From NCBI GenBank assembly GCA_024654525.1, contig JANLHI010000031.1:18774-82773 (forward strand): a stretch of 64,000 nt of DNA. Reading direction: 5' to 3'. This stretch comes from Patescibacteria group bacterium (lineage in GTDB: Bacteria > Patescibacteriota > Minisyncoccia > UBA6257 > 2-01-FULL-56-20). The notes beneath the pieces were generated by a model. The model saw only the letters and a program-made list of their open reading frames with translations, ran no database searches and was not told the DNA's origin. The translations under genes were made by a program, and so were the position numbers. This document shows positions 50,136 to 59,188 of the stretch, in pieces (positions within the stretch are counted from its first letter, which is position 1; each line of letters opens with the position of its first letter).

Positions 50136-50960
50136 TTGCGAGGAATATTAAGAAGAATAATTTCTATGACAAACGATGAATTACAATTGAGTTCGACAGT
50201 CGTGGCAAAGACCGTTTCCGAAGATGCGAAACGGGGTGTTTTTGAAATAGAGGGTTTGTTTGCGGGGTACGGGCTTACGGTGGGGAATGCGCTCCGCCGG
50301 ACGCTTCTTTCTTCGCTTAAGGGAGCTGCGATTACGGAGTTTAAAGTAAAGAATGCGCCTCATGAGTTTTCCACGCTTCCCGGTGTTAAAGAGGATCTTG
50401 TGGAGCTTTTATTGAATCTTAAGAGTCTTCGTTTTCGGATGCATACCGACGAGCCTCATGTGTTGTTGCTCAAAGTGAAAGGAGAAAAGGCGGTAACTGC
50501 TGGAGATATAAAAGCCGATGCGGAAGTGGAGTTGATGAACCCTGAAGAGGTAATTGCGCATCTTACTGCAAAGGATGCCGAGCTTGATATTGAATTGAAA
50601 GTGGAACGGGGTCTTGGATATTCTCCCGTTGAAGCGCGGAAAGCGGAAGGACGGTTGCCGATTGGTATGATTGCGGTTGATGCTATTTTTACTCCGGTGT
50701 TGCGCGTCAATTATACCGTGGACAATATGCGGGTGGGGGAACGCACCGATTATAATCGGTTACACCTTGAAATCGAGACCGACGGTTCCATAGCTCCCTC
50801 AAAGGCGCTTGCCGATGCAGTGGGGATTATGAAAGATCATTTTGAGAAGATCGGCAGTATTCTTACTCCTCAATCTTTCGAAACAACCGAAGTGGTAGAG
50901 GTAGCCGATGAGAAAGTCGTAAAAAAGAAATCGAAGAAGTCAAAAGAAGGAGAAGAATAA
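50136..50960 (+). CDS. rpoA: RNA polymerase alpha subunit, N-terminal domain only (no alpha-CTD); likely start at 50166
   Basis: The alpha-NTD dimerisation/assembly fold (GYGLTVGNALRRTLLSS...) ends in a Lys/Glu tail (KKKSKKSKEGEE). The next gene, rplQ, starts 60 nt later. Confidence 0.8.
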   Translation: MRGILRRIISMTNDELQLSSTVVAKTVSEDAKRGVFEIEGLFAGYGLTVGNALRRTLLSSLKGAAITEFKVKNAPHEFSTLPGVKEDLVELLLNLKSLRFRMHTDEPHVLLLKVKGEKAVTAGDIKADAEVELMNPEEVIAHLTAKDAELDIELKVERGLGYSPVEARKAEGRLPIGMIAVDAIFTPVLRVNYTVDNMRVGERTDYNRLHLEIETDGSIAPSKALADAVGIMKDHFEKIGSILTPQSFETTEVVEVADEKVVKKKSKKSKEGEE

Positions 50961-51021
50961 TGAGTATATACACTACGACGAAAGGCTGTCGTAGTTGTTG
51001 CTATAGGAAGCGTTTATCATC

Positions 51022-51375
51022 ATGCGTCATTTAAAGAAAGGGAAAAAATTTAATAGAATTCGCGGGCGACGTCAGTCGTTTCTTCGTAATCTCGCGAGCG
51101 ATCTTATTCGCTCCGGAAAAATAGAGACGACCGAAGCGCGCGCGAAGGCAATTCGCCCGATTGTGGAGCGCTTGGTGACTATCGCAAAAGCGGGAGATCT
51201 TGCATCGCGTCGTTTGCTTTTGCAACGCGTTCATAATAAACGTGTGGTTGAAAAATTATGCAGTGATTTTGGTGTAAAGTATCAAGAGCGAAAAGGGGGA
51301 TATTTGCGTATTATAAAATTAGGAAAATCACGCAAGCGTGACGGTGCGCCAACTGCGGTGATTGAATTTGTTTAA
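51022..51375 (+). CDS. rplQ: 50S ribosomal protein L17
   Basis: MRHLKKGKKFNR...LRNLASDLIRSGKIETT. Confidence 0.9.
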   Translation: MRHLKKGKKFNRIRGRRQSFLRNLASDLIRSGKIETTEARAKAIRPIVERLVTIAKAGDLASRRLLLQRVHNKRVVEKLCSDFGVKYQERKGGYLRIIKLGKSRKRDGAPTAVIEFV

Positions 51376-51384
51376 TCGCCAATT

Positions 51385-51738
51385 TTGATTATTGCCATGG
51401 ATTACACAATTGATGCACATAATAAAAGATTGGGCCATCTCGCATCGAAGATTGCGGTTATTTTGCAGGGAAAAGATTCCGCAGCATACGAACCGAATAA
51501 AGTAGGGGATAATCGGGTATTACTTACGAATTACAAGGATATTTCTTTTTCTACGAAGAAGGCGATACAGAAGGTGTATTATCACCACACGGGATACATG
51601 GGACATTTAAGGAAAAAAACGCTTCAGCAAGAGTGGGATCGTGATCCAAAACATGTGGTGCGTGAAGCGGTGCGTAAAATGTTACCGAAGAATCTCTTGA
51701 GTCCCCGAAGGATCAAAAATCTCGTATTTGTCGATTAA
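51385..51738 (+). CDS. rplM: 50S ribosomal protein L13
   Basis: GHLASKIAVILQGK...YYHHTGYMGHL. Confidence 0.85.
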   Translation: MIIAMDYTIDAHNKRLGHLASKIAVILQGKDSAAYEPNKVGDNRVLLTNYKDISFSTKKAIQKVYYHHTGYMGHLRKKTLQQEWDRDPKHVVREAVRKMLPKNLLSPRRIKNLVFVD

Positions 51739-51744
51739 TTATCT

Positions 51745-52173
51745 ATGACTGATCAGAAACAACAGAAAACCGGCGAGAGCGTCAAGGGGCGTTATGTGGA
51801 ATCCGTAGGGCGCAGAAAGACTGCTGTTGCCCGTATTCGTCTTATGAAAGGAAAGGGGAGTATTGTAGTGAATGAAAAGAAAGCGAACGATTATTTTCCG
51901 ATTGAACGTTTACAGGCGATTCTCCGGTCTCCTTTGAGTAAGCTGAACATTCAGGATCAAGTGGATGTGAGTGCAAAAGTTTTGGGAGGGGGAACTTCGG
52001 CTCAAGCGGAAGCGATACGGCATGGTATTGCTCGTGCGTTGGTGATGTATAATCCGGAGACAAAAATACAGCTTCATGCGTTTGGATTTCTTACTCGGGA
52101 TTCAAGAATGGTAGAGAGAAAGAAATATGGGTTGAAGAAAGCGCGAAGAGCTCCGCAGTGGGCAAAACGATAG
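51745..52173 (+). CDS. rpsI: 30S ribosomal protein S9
   Basis: GRRKTAVARIRL...GGGTSAQAEAIRHGIARAL...KKARRAPQWAKR. Confidence 0.9.
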   Translation: MTDQKQQKTGESVKGRYVESVGRRKTAVARIRLMKGKGSIVVNEKKANDYFPIERLQAILRSPLSKLNIQDQVDVSAKVLGGGTSAQAEAIRHGIARALVMYNPETKIQLHAFGFLTRDSRMVERKKYGLKKARRAPQWAKR

Positions 52174-52176
52174 TGA

Positions 52177-52208
52177 CAAAACTTCCGGCATGTGCCGGAA
52201 GTTTTTTT
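52177..52208. terminator. bidirectional rho-independent terminator after rpsI
   Basis: aaaacttccggca-tg-tgccggaagttttttt. Confidence 0.6.
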
Positions 52209-52245
52209 GTCCATTGTGGAGAGGATAGAGGTTAGGGAAGGAGTG

Positions 52246-53235
52246 TTATCGAGGGAATTGAAGTACGTGTGTAGCCCCTCCTTCTTCGTAATATAGGATA
52301 TTTTCCTCGGGTTCGTATGTTACTTGATCTGTTTTTGCGACAATGGGGATGTTTTCGAGATTAGAGTCGTCAAGTCCGAGAAACATTGTTTCTCCCGGAT
52401 AGACAATAAAAATATGCAAATTATCGCGATACCATACTATTTTCTTGATTTGCTTAACGCGAGGGAGATTAAAACGATGATATCCTTCGCGTTGGTGTAT
52501 GATGTCGAATATCTCGAGCGATCGGTTTTCCATCGCAGCAATTTTAGTACTTTCCGCATTCCATGAAAAATTTACCACGTCATCCGCAATTTTTTCGAGT
52601 ATTTGCGTGGTTGGATTATAGGTACTAAGAATACCGTTTGTCTCAAGAATAGTAAGAATATCCTTGTTGTTCCATGCGAGGTGCAGTGGCGTGCTTTCGG
52701 GAGATAATGTAAATGATGAAGTGGTGTGCGTGCCGGTTAAGGAGGAAATAGATATGGTCGAAGTAGTATTTGTCCCTTGCGCGCGCCAACGCGAGGAGCT
52801 TGCAACAAGAGTGGGAAAGGGAGATATTTCGTTGGAAATTAATTTTTTTGTAGATGAGGAGTCGTCGAGTATCGGTGTGGTTGGTACTAGCACTACATTT
52901 GACAGTTCTGTTACGAATGAAGGAGCTACCACCACATGACGACTCCAAAGGGAAAAACCGTTTTTTTCAAGCGTGAGGAGATATGTTTTTGGAAAAAGGT
53001 TATTAATAAAAGTTCCGTTTTGCAGGAGCCATGAAGTATTAGTGACGGATTCCCCATCAAGCGTTATGGTTATGTCGCGGGGTTGGCTTTTTATGAAGAT
53101 GCCGCCCACCTTACCGATACTCCATGGATTCGTGTTTACGCGCCATCCTTGCGCGTAGAGCACCGCTATGGTACCTATTATTGCGAATGCGGCGCAGAAT
53201 CCGTAAAACAGGAGTGTGCGAGTTCTAAATGTCAT
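52246..53235 (-). CDS. hypothetical membrane-anchored protein with PEGA-like domain and Ser/Thr-rich region
   Basis: N-terminal TM; ITITLDGESV...KTYLLTLEKNGF resembles a PEGA domain. Confidence 0.4.
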   Translation of the reverse strand: MTFRTRTLLFYGFCAAFAIIGTIAVLYAQGWRVNTNPWSIGKVGGIFIKSQPRDITITLDGESVTNTSWLLQNGTFINNLFPKTYLLTLEKNGFSLWSRHVVVAPSFVTELSNVVLVPTTPILDDSSSTKKLISNEISPFPTLVASSSRWRAQGTNTTSTISISSLTGTHTTSSFTLSPESTPLHLAWNNKDILTILETNGILSTYNPTTQILEKIADDVVNFSWNAESTKIAAMENRSLEIFDIIHQREGYHRFNLPRVKQIKKIVWYRDNLHIFIVYPGETMFLGLDDSNLENIPIVAKTDQVTYEPEENILYYEEGGATHVLQFPR

Positions 53236-53487
53236 TATGTGTTATACGTTAAATATGGTGATGTTATACCACGAAAGCGAATAAGGATAAAATAGTTTTT
53301 TTCCTGTGGAGAGCGCAGGTTGCAAGAATTATGTCCGGGGGTACACTGAAAATAGATTTCGTTCGATACTGGATCAAATAATTTTATTTGGGAGACTGTG
53401 TCATGGGATATCCTTGGATATTTCTGCAGGTCACCCACTTGGTATAATGCTGGGTCTATCGGACGGGACTCAAAAGAATCCAAGCAT

Positions 53488-54216
53488 TCAGCTTGGTTTT
53501 TTTGTGTGTCGCGTCATATGGGCGCGTCGTCGGATAATTTCTTGTGCGGTGTGTTCCACATAGAGACGCTCGGGAAGGAGCTCTTCGGGAGCTCCCGTTC
53601 CTTCGAGTATAATGGGGACTGAAAAATCTTGTATAAGATTGATAATGGTGTCCTGCTTGGTTTGAAAAAGAGGCTCATGGAGTCCCGCAAATCCGCTCAA
53701 ATGAATTTCCGTAAGGCGCGAACCGAGCGCATCATAAAATTTTTTGCCGAGCGCGAGCGTGTCGTCGTTGGTATGCACGTGATTCAGGTCGAGTACGAAC
53801 TTGAATCGTGAATCATAATCCATGAGGCGTTGCATATCTTCGACGGTGCGGTGCGTCGCTTTCCGCCAGTCCATGTTTTCAAAAGCGACCGGGAAGGTGG
53901 CGTGGAGGAATATGGAGAGGTCCCGTACTGTGTCGGGGTGGAATACCACGCAGTCAAGTGGCCGGATGTCATGAATCTTCTCTATCCTTTGAAGCAATTC
54001 GCGCGAGGCGGGGTCGTTGGCGTAGGGGAATGTCGGTGCGTGAAAGCTTACATACTCGAAATCTTTGATGTCCGCATAGGTAAGCACAAGCGGGGCGTTT
54101 TCGTTTTTGTCCGAGAGTTCCACCGCGCGAAACCCCGCCTCGCGTACGAAGCGAAGCGCGTCGCGGGGATTGTGTGTTTTACAAATTCCGCCGATGGCGG
54201 TGCCAAGAGTAAGCAT
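53488..54216 (-). CDS. xylose-isomerase-like TIM-barrel protein (sugar phosphate isomerase/epimerase family)
   Basis: LRFVREAGFRAVEL...VVFHP...IHLSGF pattern of the AP-endonuclease-2 / TIM-barrel family. Confidence 0.55.
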   Translation of the reverse strand: MLTLGTAIGGICKTHNPRDALRFVREAGFRAVELSDKNENAPLVLTYADIKDFEYVSFHAPTFPYANDPASRELLQRIEKIHDIRPLDCVVFHPDTVRDLSIFLHATFPVAFENMDWRKATHRTVEDMQRLMDYDSRFKFVLDLNHVHTNDDTLALGKKFYDALGSRLTEIHLSGFAGLHEPLFQTKQDTIINLIQDFSVPIILEGTGAPEELLPERLYVEHTAQEIIRRRAHMTRHTKKPS

Positions 54217-54220
54217 TGTG

Positions 54221-54291
54221 TCGGGCCGCCGGGAATCGAACCCGGTCTAAACGCACCCCATGCGCTCGTACTGCCGGTATACTACGGCCCG
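54221..54291 (-). tRNA. tRNA-Pro (anticodon GGG)
   Basis: Reverse complement CGGGCCG-TA-GTAT..GTAC-AGCGC-ATGGGGT-GCGTT-TAGA-CCGGG-TTCGATT-CCCGG-CGGCCCG-A; C1-G72 is typical of tRNA-Pro. Confidence 0.75.
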
Positions 54292-54381
54292 CCGTTGCGC
54301 TCGCTGGAGAGAGCTATGGCGGGCAATGCCCGCTTAGTTCGCGAAGGCGAGTTCAGCGTTTCGATTCTACCACTGCTTAGA

Positions 54382-54409
54382 CAAAAAAAGAAACCCCCAT
54401 AGGTGGGGG
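54382..54409 (-). terminator. rho-independent terminator downstream of rpmB
   Basis: On the minus strand: cccccacctatggggg followed by tttctttttttg. Confidence 0.5.
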
Positions 54410-54440
54410 TGAGAGAGGGAGAAGTATCGCGATACTAGTC

Positions 54441-54656
54441 TTATTTCGATTTCGCAGTTTTTGGTTTCTTTGTGTGAACTTTGCGATGCATTGTTTTCAT
54501 ACATGCAACACATATTTTTTTCCGAACCCCATTCACTATTGCCCATTGGAGATTCGGATATTTTCGTTCTTGCCCTACGGGGTTATAATGCCCTCTCAAA
54601 AGGCGTCTTTTACCGCGAATCACAGATCCTTTGTTGCATTTTTCACACTGTCGCAT
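54441..54656 (-). CDS. rpmB: 50S ribosomal protein L28
   Basis: CEKCNKGSVIRGKRR...PNLQWAIV...; small basic Zn-ribbon r-protein pattern of bL28. Confidence 0.65.
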   Translation of the reverse strand: MRQCEKCNKGSVIRGKRRLLRGHYNPVGQERKYPNLQWAIVNGVRKKICVACMKTMHRKVHTKKPKTAKSK

Positions 54657-54745
54657 AAAAGTAAGTAATAATATATGACTGATAACTTATAACCGATAAT
54701 GGGCAATTTCGCAAGTCCATGGGTACTGCGGTGAGTGATTTGGCG

Positions 54746-55222
54746 TTATTCCATTTTCACCTTCAGTTTTTTCGATTTTTTCCGCACCAATTTCGGGAGT
54801 CGTATCGAAAGAATTCCATTTTTAAACTTCACATCCGCTTCTTCGGGGTTTATCTCTTGCGGAAGTATCACTGATCGGGAAAAACGTCCCCAATAGCATT
54901 CTCGGTAGAAATAATCCTCGTCGAGCACTTGTTGTTCTCGTTGTCGTGCTCCGCGGATGGTAACCGAGTCGTTGGTAACGTCAATATCAATATCATCCGG
55001 ATTAACGCCTGCGATGGTAGACTCGATGACTATTTCAGAGGGTGTTTGATATACATCAACAGTCAGCTGTCCTTCGGGTTCTTCGTCCTGAGAGGTTTTG
55101 GTTTTTATCGAACGAGATGTTGTTGTTCCTCCCGCTTTAGTGAGCTCCGCACTTATCTCCGGTGCCTGGACTATCTCCATATCGGCACGCTCTTCCCCGT
55201 TGTGTTTTATGTCGTCGGTCAT
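54746..55222 (-). CDS. Hsp20/alpha-crystallin family small heat-shock protein
   Basis: LTVDVYQTPSEIVIESTIAGVNPDDIDIDV...GILSIRLPK alpha-crystallin domain. Confidence 0.85.
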   Translation of the reverse strand: MTDDIKHNGEERADMEIVQAPEISAELTKAGGTTTSRSIKTKTSQDEEPEGQLTVDVYQTPSEIVIESTIAGVNPDDIDIDVTNDSVTIRGARQREQQVLDEDYFYRECYWGRFSRSVILPQEINPEEADVKFKNGILSIRLPKLVRKKSKKLKVKME

Positions 55223-55254
55223 GGTTATGATAATATTTTTTTTCGTAAGGATTA

Positions 55255-55968
55255 TTACACCGCTTTTTTATTAAGACTTTCAAAGTCATTAAGCACAAAA
55301 AATCCTACAATGAGTACTAAGAGTACCGGATATGCAAACTCATCATGTATCAGTATAAGGTAATTGAAACATGCGTGCAATACGGTTGCAATCACCAACC
55401 CTCCCACAATAAAGCGTTTTGCATTGAATTCACGGATACTGATTGCCCAAAAATATCCCACTATTCCCGAGGTGAGCGTGTGAAGCAAGGTAGCTCCTAT
55501 AAAACGAAGGGAAAGAGTTTCAAATACATTCCCGAAAAAATTTATGTGGTAAGGAGAGATACCGTTCAGAACTCCTATGTTTTCGACAGTGGCGAATCCA
55601 AGTGCGGCAACCACAGTATAAATCATGGCATCTACGGGTTCGTCGAATGCGGGATTTTTATGTACGGACACGTATGCGGCGGTGAATTTTATGATTTCTT
55701 CTATTCCTGCGAAGATAATCAGTCCGATTGCGATGGTGATGAATGAAAAAATCTGCGGTGAGGAAGCGGGGGATAGTGTCTCAATAGGGATGAAAAGGGC
55801 ATTTACCAAGAGTTGTAATCCCAGCGCGATTATCGAGAACGCCGCGCCTACGATAAACGTCCAAAGTATTACTCGGCGAGGTTCGGGGTGTAAATCTTCG
55901 TGGAGATAAAACATTAACCATGCGAACGCGGGGATCATTCCGAAAAACAAAATGAGAAACGTTACCAT
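55255..55968 (-). CDS. PrsW-family intramembrane metalloprotease-like protein
   Basis: Polytopic; IEEIIKF (EExxK), GFATVENIG (FxxxEN) and HTLTSGIVG (H-box) motifs. Confidence 0.55.
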   Translation of the reverse strand: MVTFLILFFGMIPAFAWLMFYLHEDLHPEPRRVILWTFIVGAAFSIIALGLQLLVNALFIPIETLSPASSPQIFSFITIAIGLIIFAGIEEIIKFTAAYVSVHKNPAFDEPVDAMIYTVVAALGFATVENIGVLNGISPYHINFFGNVFETLSLRFIGATLLHTLTSGIVGYFWAISIREFNAKRFIVGGLVIATVLHACFNYLILIHDEFAYPVLLVLIVGFFVLNDFESLNKKAV

Positions 55969-58892
55969 GGTTTTGTCATGAGAAGGTTTTTAGGGTCTAT
56001 TTTCTCATAGATTGATTCGGTGATAAAAGGCATAAAAGGATGCAATATGATAAGTGAGTCCATAAGGATGGAGTTGAGTATATGGCGTGCAACTTCTGCC
56101 TTTTCTCGTGTGGTTTTGTTGGGAATCTTGTGGGGTTTTGCGGGTGTACCATCTTCGGCAAGCGGGGGGGTTACTTTCTGGAGTTTGGGTTTATAATGTT
56201 CGATGATCGTGTCTGCAAACGTGTGCCAGACATAGTGATATGCCTTTTCGGCGGCGAGGTGAACTTCAAACTTTTCGATATGTTTTCCGACTTCTGTTTT
56301 TATTTTCTTCGCTTCCGCAAGAAATTTTTTATCTGTTGCGGTGAATTTATATTTTTTTGGAATTTGATACGCGGGTGGGTGAGTGGAATCATGAATTTCC
56401 GTTTTATTTTGATACATCAAAATAAAACGCGCTATATTCCACAACTTTGTGGCAAAATTACGATAACCTCGAATTTTATCCTCGGAGATGAGTATATCGT
56501 TTCCGGCAGTGTTTCCCATGACGAGTGCCATGCGCACCGCGTCGGTGCCATATTCTTCGGCGACACCAAGCGGGTCGATTACGTTGCCTTTTGACTTTGA
56601 CATTTTTTGACGATCTTTATCACGTACAAGACCGTGGAGATATACGGTACGAAAGGGGACTTCTCCCGTGCGATAGAGTCCGAACATTATCATGCGTGCC
56701 ACCCAGAAGAAAAGAATGTCGTGTCCCGTTTCCATCACGCTTGTCGGATAAAATGTTTTGAGGTCTTTGCTTGTAGTAGGAATCCTTACTCCTTGTTCCT
56801 TATTCTTTGTTTCTTGAGACGCTAAAAGTGTTGCGAATGGCCATTGTCCTGAAGAAAACCATGTGTCGAATACGTCCGGGTCTTGTTCGTAAAGATCATT
56901 CTTGCATTTCAGGCAGGGATCAAGAATATCGAATTCGGTAAATCCTGACTTCTCGCTTTGACGAGCAATCATTTGCTCCATACTCCATTTTTTAGTGCGC
57001 TTGAGAATGGCGTGAATGGTTTCGATGTGCGTCACTATCACGATATTTTTATGTCGGTGCGTGGTACGGTGTTCGCGAAACGCACTCCATGTACGTTCCT
57101 CGAAATCTTTAAAACTTTCGCCTCCCGGCGGGGCTTTTTCGTATGACTGAAATATGTCTCCGTAGAGCGCGCGTCTTTCGGTGTGGTACATGCCCTGTGC
57201 GATTCCCACATTTCTTCCGCGGAGTTCTTGTGCGGGAATAATACGTGCGTTGGTGCCGTGCGCGATGATTTCCGCGGTGTGCCGTGCGCGGTGAAGATCG
57301 GAAGTGATAATTGCCTCAATTTTCCATGCGCGGAGTCGTGTGGCGAGGGTTCCTGCATAAGCAATGCCCGCGTTGTTTAAGGGGGGATTTGCATGTCCAT
57401 GCCCGCGTTCTTCCTTGTTCCAGTCCGTTTCGCCATGACGCACTAAAAACAATTTCGCTTTCGGAGTAGCGTTTACTTTTATTTCGCCACAAGAGGCGCA
57501 GAACCATGCAGGAATACGGATTCCCCACACGATTTGGCGTGAGATGTTCCAGTCGCGGATATTTTCCATCCAGTGAAGAAGTATCTTTTTTGCATGTGTC
57601 GGATGAAATTTCATTTTCCCCGATGTTGCCGCTTTGACCGCCATGTCACGGAGTGACACTCCGTGATGGTGGATTTTGTTCGCGGGCAGGCGGTTCGTTT
57701 TTTGAGCCTGTGTTTTTAGGGCGCGTGTCATTCGCACGAACCATTGTTTTTTGATTTGCGGTTCAATGAGTGTATTGCACTTATAGCATGCGCGAACTGT
57801 ATGGCGGTACGCTTCATCGGTACGCGCAAGAAGTCCTTTAAGTCGCAGTTTTTCCACAATCTTCGGGCGCGCCTCAAGTATTTTCATTCCTGCGAACTCG
57901 CCGGCAATAGGAAGGAGCCGTCCGCGTTCATCAATAACCTGTTCTTTATCGAGTCCGTGGCGCATGGCAATGTCAAAGTCTACGGTACTGTGCCATGGAG
58001 TGATAGTCATCACACCGCTCCCGAACTCCATATCCATTGCTTCATCCTTAATGATGGTTGCGGTAAGAGGACCGTTAATCCACTCAAGATGAAGTTGTTC
58101 GCCGTTTTTGTATTCTTTATATCGCGTATCATCCGGGTGCATTACCACGTACTTATCGCCGAATTTTGTTTCGGGACGCGCGGTGCCGATGGTGAAGGGT
58201 CCATAACGGAAATAATAGAACGAATCGGTGCGTTCTATGTCTTTAATCTCCAAATCGGAGAGGGAGGTTTGATGTTTCGGACACCAACTGATAATGCCGG
58301 CATCTCGTTCCACAAGCCCATCGCGATACATTTTTTCGAATGTGTCGTACACGATTCTTACAATATCGGGATCAAGAGTGAACTTTTCCCGTGACCAGTC
58401 GCATGAAGCGCCGAGTTTGCGAAGCTGGGATTCCATAACTTTCTTGTTCTGTTGGGTAAAGTCCCAGATTTCTTTCCAGAGCGTTTCCCTGTCCATCGCA
58501 AATCGGTTGCGCCCTTCTTTCTCGAGTTTCTTATCGAATACCACCTGGGTTTCGAAACCCGCGTGATCCGCACCCGGAAGCCAGAGCGTTTTCTTGCCTT
58601 TCATACGCGCATAGCGCGTCATAATGTCCTGAAGTGTCACAAACACCGCGTGCCCCAAATGAAGCGAGCCATTCGCGTTCGGAGGGGGCATGATAATCGT
58701 AAAAGGATCTTCTCTTTTTGCGGAAGAGGTAAGCTTGGAATTTTTAGTGAGGGATTTGCTTTTTTTTACTCCTCGCTCCTTATTCTTTGTCGCTAAGTTG
58801 TCCGGATTAAAATATCCCGATGACTCCCATTTTTTATAAATAGCGTCTTCAATCGCTTTATGATTATAGCGAGGGTCGAGTGGTTCGTGCAT
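55962..58892 (-). CDS. valS: valyl-tRNA synthetase carrying an inserted histidine-phosphatase domain
   Basis: PPPNANGSLHLGHA (HIGH), CP1 editing region, WGIRIPAWF, DTWFSSGQWPF, KMSKSKGNVIDP, anticodon-binding domain; 976 aa including an ~200-aa insert. Confidence 0.9.
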   Translation of the reverse strand: MHEPLDPRYNHKAIEDAIYKKWESSGYFNPDNLATKNKERGVKKSKSLTKNSKLTSSAKREDPFTIIMPPPNANGSLHLGHAVFVTLQDIMTRYARMKGKKTLWLPGADHAGFETQVVFDKKLEKEGRNRFAMDRETLWKEIWDFTQQNKKVMESQLRKLGASCDWSREKFTLDPDIVRIVYDTFEKMYRDGLVERDAGIISWCPKHQTSLSDLEIKDIERTDSFYYFRYGPFTIGTARPETKFGDKYVVMHPDDTRYKEYKNGEQLHLEWINGPLTATIIKDEAMDMEFGSGVMTITPWHSTVDFDIAMRHGLDKEQVIDERGRLLPIAGEFAGMKILEARPKIVEKLRLKGLLARTDEAYRHTVRACYKCNTLIEPQIKKQWFVRMTRALKTQAQKTNRLPANKIHHHGVSLRDMAVKAATSGKMKFHPTHAKKILLHWMENIRDWNISRQIVWGIRIPAWFCASCGEIKVNATPKAKLFLVRHGETDWNKEERGHGHANPPLNNAGIAYAGTLATRLRAWKIEAIITSDLHRARHTAEIIAHGTNARIIPAQELRGRNVGIAQGMYHTERRALYGDIFQSYEKAPPGGESFKDFEERTWSAFREHRTTHRHKNIVIVTHIETIHAILKRTKKWSMEQMIARQSEKSGFTEFDILDPCLKCKNDLYEQDPDVFDTWFSSGQWPFATLLASQETKNKEQGVRIPTTSKDLKTFYPTSVMETGHDILFFWVARMIMFGLYRTGEVPFRTVYLHGLVRDKDRQKMSKSKGNVIDPLGVAEEYGTDAVRMALVMGNTAGNDILISEDKIRGYRNFATKLWNIARFILMYQNKTEIHDSTHPPAYQIPKKYKFTATDKKFLAEAKKIKTEVGKHIEKFEVHLAAEKAYHYVWHTFADTIIEHYKPKLQKVTPPLAEDGTPAKPHKIPNKTTREKAEVARHILNSILMDSLIILHPFMPFITESIYEKIDPKNLLMTKPW
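56922..57458 (-). other. histidine-phosphatase (phosphoglycerate-mutase family) domain inserted in-frame within valS
   Basis: LFLVRHGETDWN (RHG catalytic His), ITSDLHRARHTA, GGESFKDFEER, IVIVTHIETIHAIL (second catalytic His). Bounded by CASCGEI and CLKCKND. Confidence 0.65.
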
Positions 58893-58987
58893 ATTGCATA
58901 AATTTTACCATATAGAAGTGAGAAATTTGTGGTTATTTATATATCATGGAACATTTCTTAGAGTAAATTTCACACTATGCGCAGAAT

Positions 58988-59016
58988 TTGACAAGCTATA
59001 GTTTTGCTTGTATGAT
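58988..59016 (+). promoter_or_regulatory. sigma70-type promoter (TTGACA, 17-nt spacer, TATGAT) divergent from valS
   Basis: TTGACA at 58988-58993 and TATGAT at 59011-59016. Confidence 0.45.
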
Positions 59017-59188
59017 TTGCGCTAATGAATTTGCGTGCATCACGCGGATTTATGAAGCAGTTCGTTTACAATTGAAGGCGACTGTTTTGAAATAAATGTT
59101 TCTGTTGCAAGAATACACATCGGACATTGTGTAATGTTTTGGTGGGAGATTGTGTTTTTGCGATGGAACAAATTGGAGGAAAGTATTA

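Noticed and set aside
54292-54381. tRNA-like fragment adjacent to tRNA-Pro (agcagtggtagaatcg resembles a D-loop)
   Set aside because: No T-arm (GTTCGAATC-like) or acceptor pairing could be built. It is probably just the tRNA-Pro leader.
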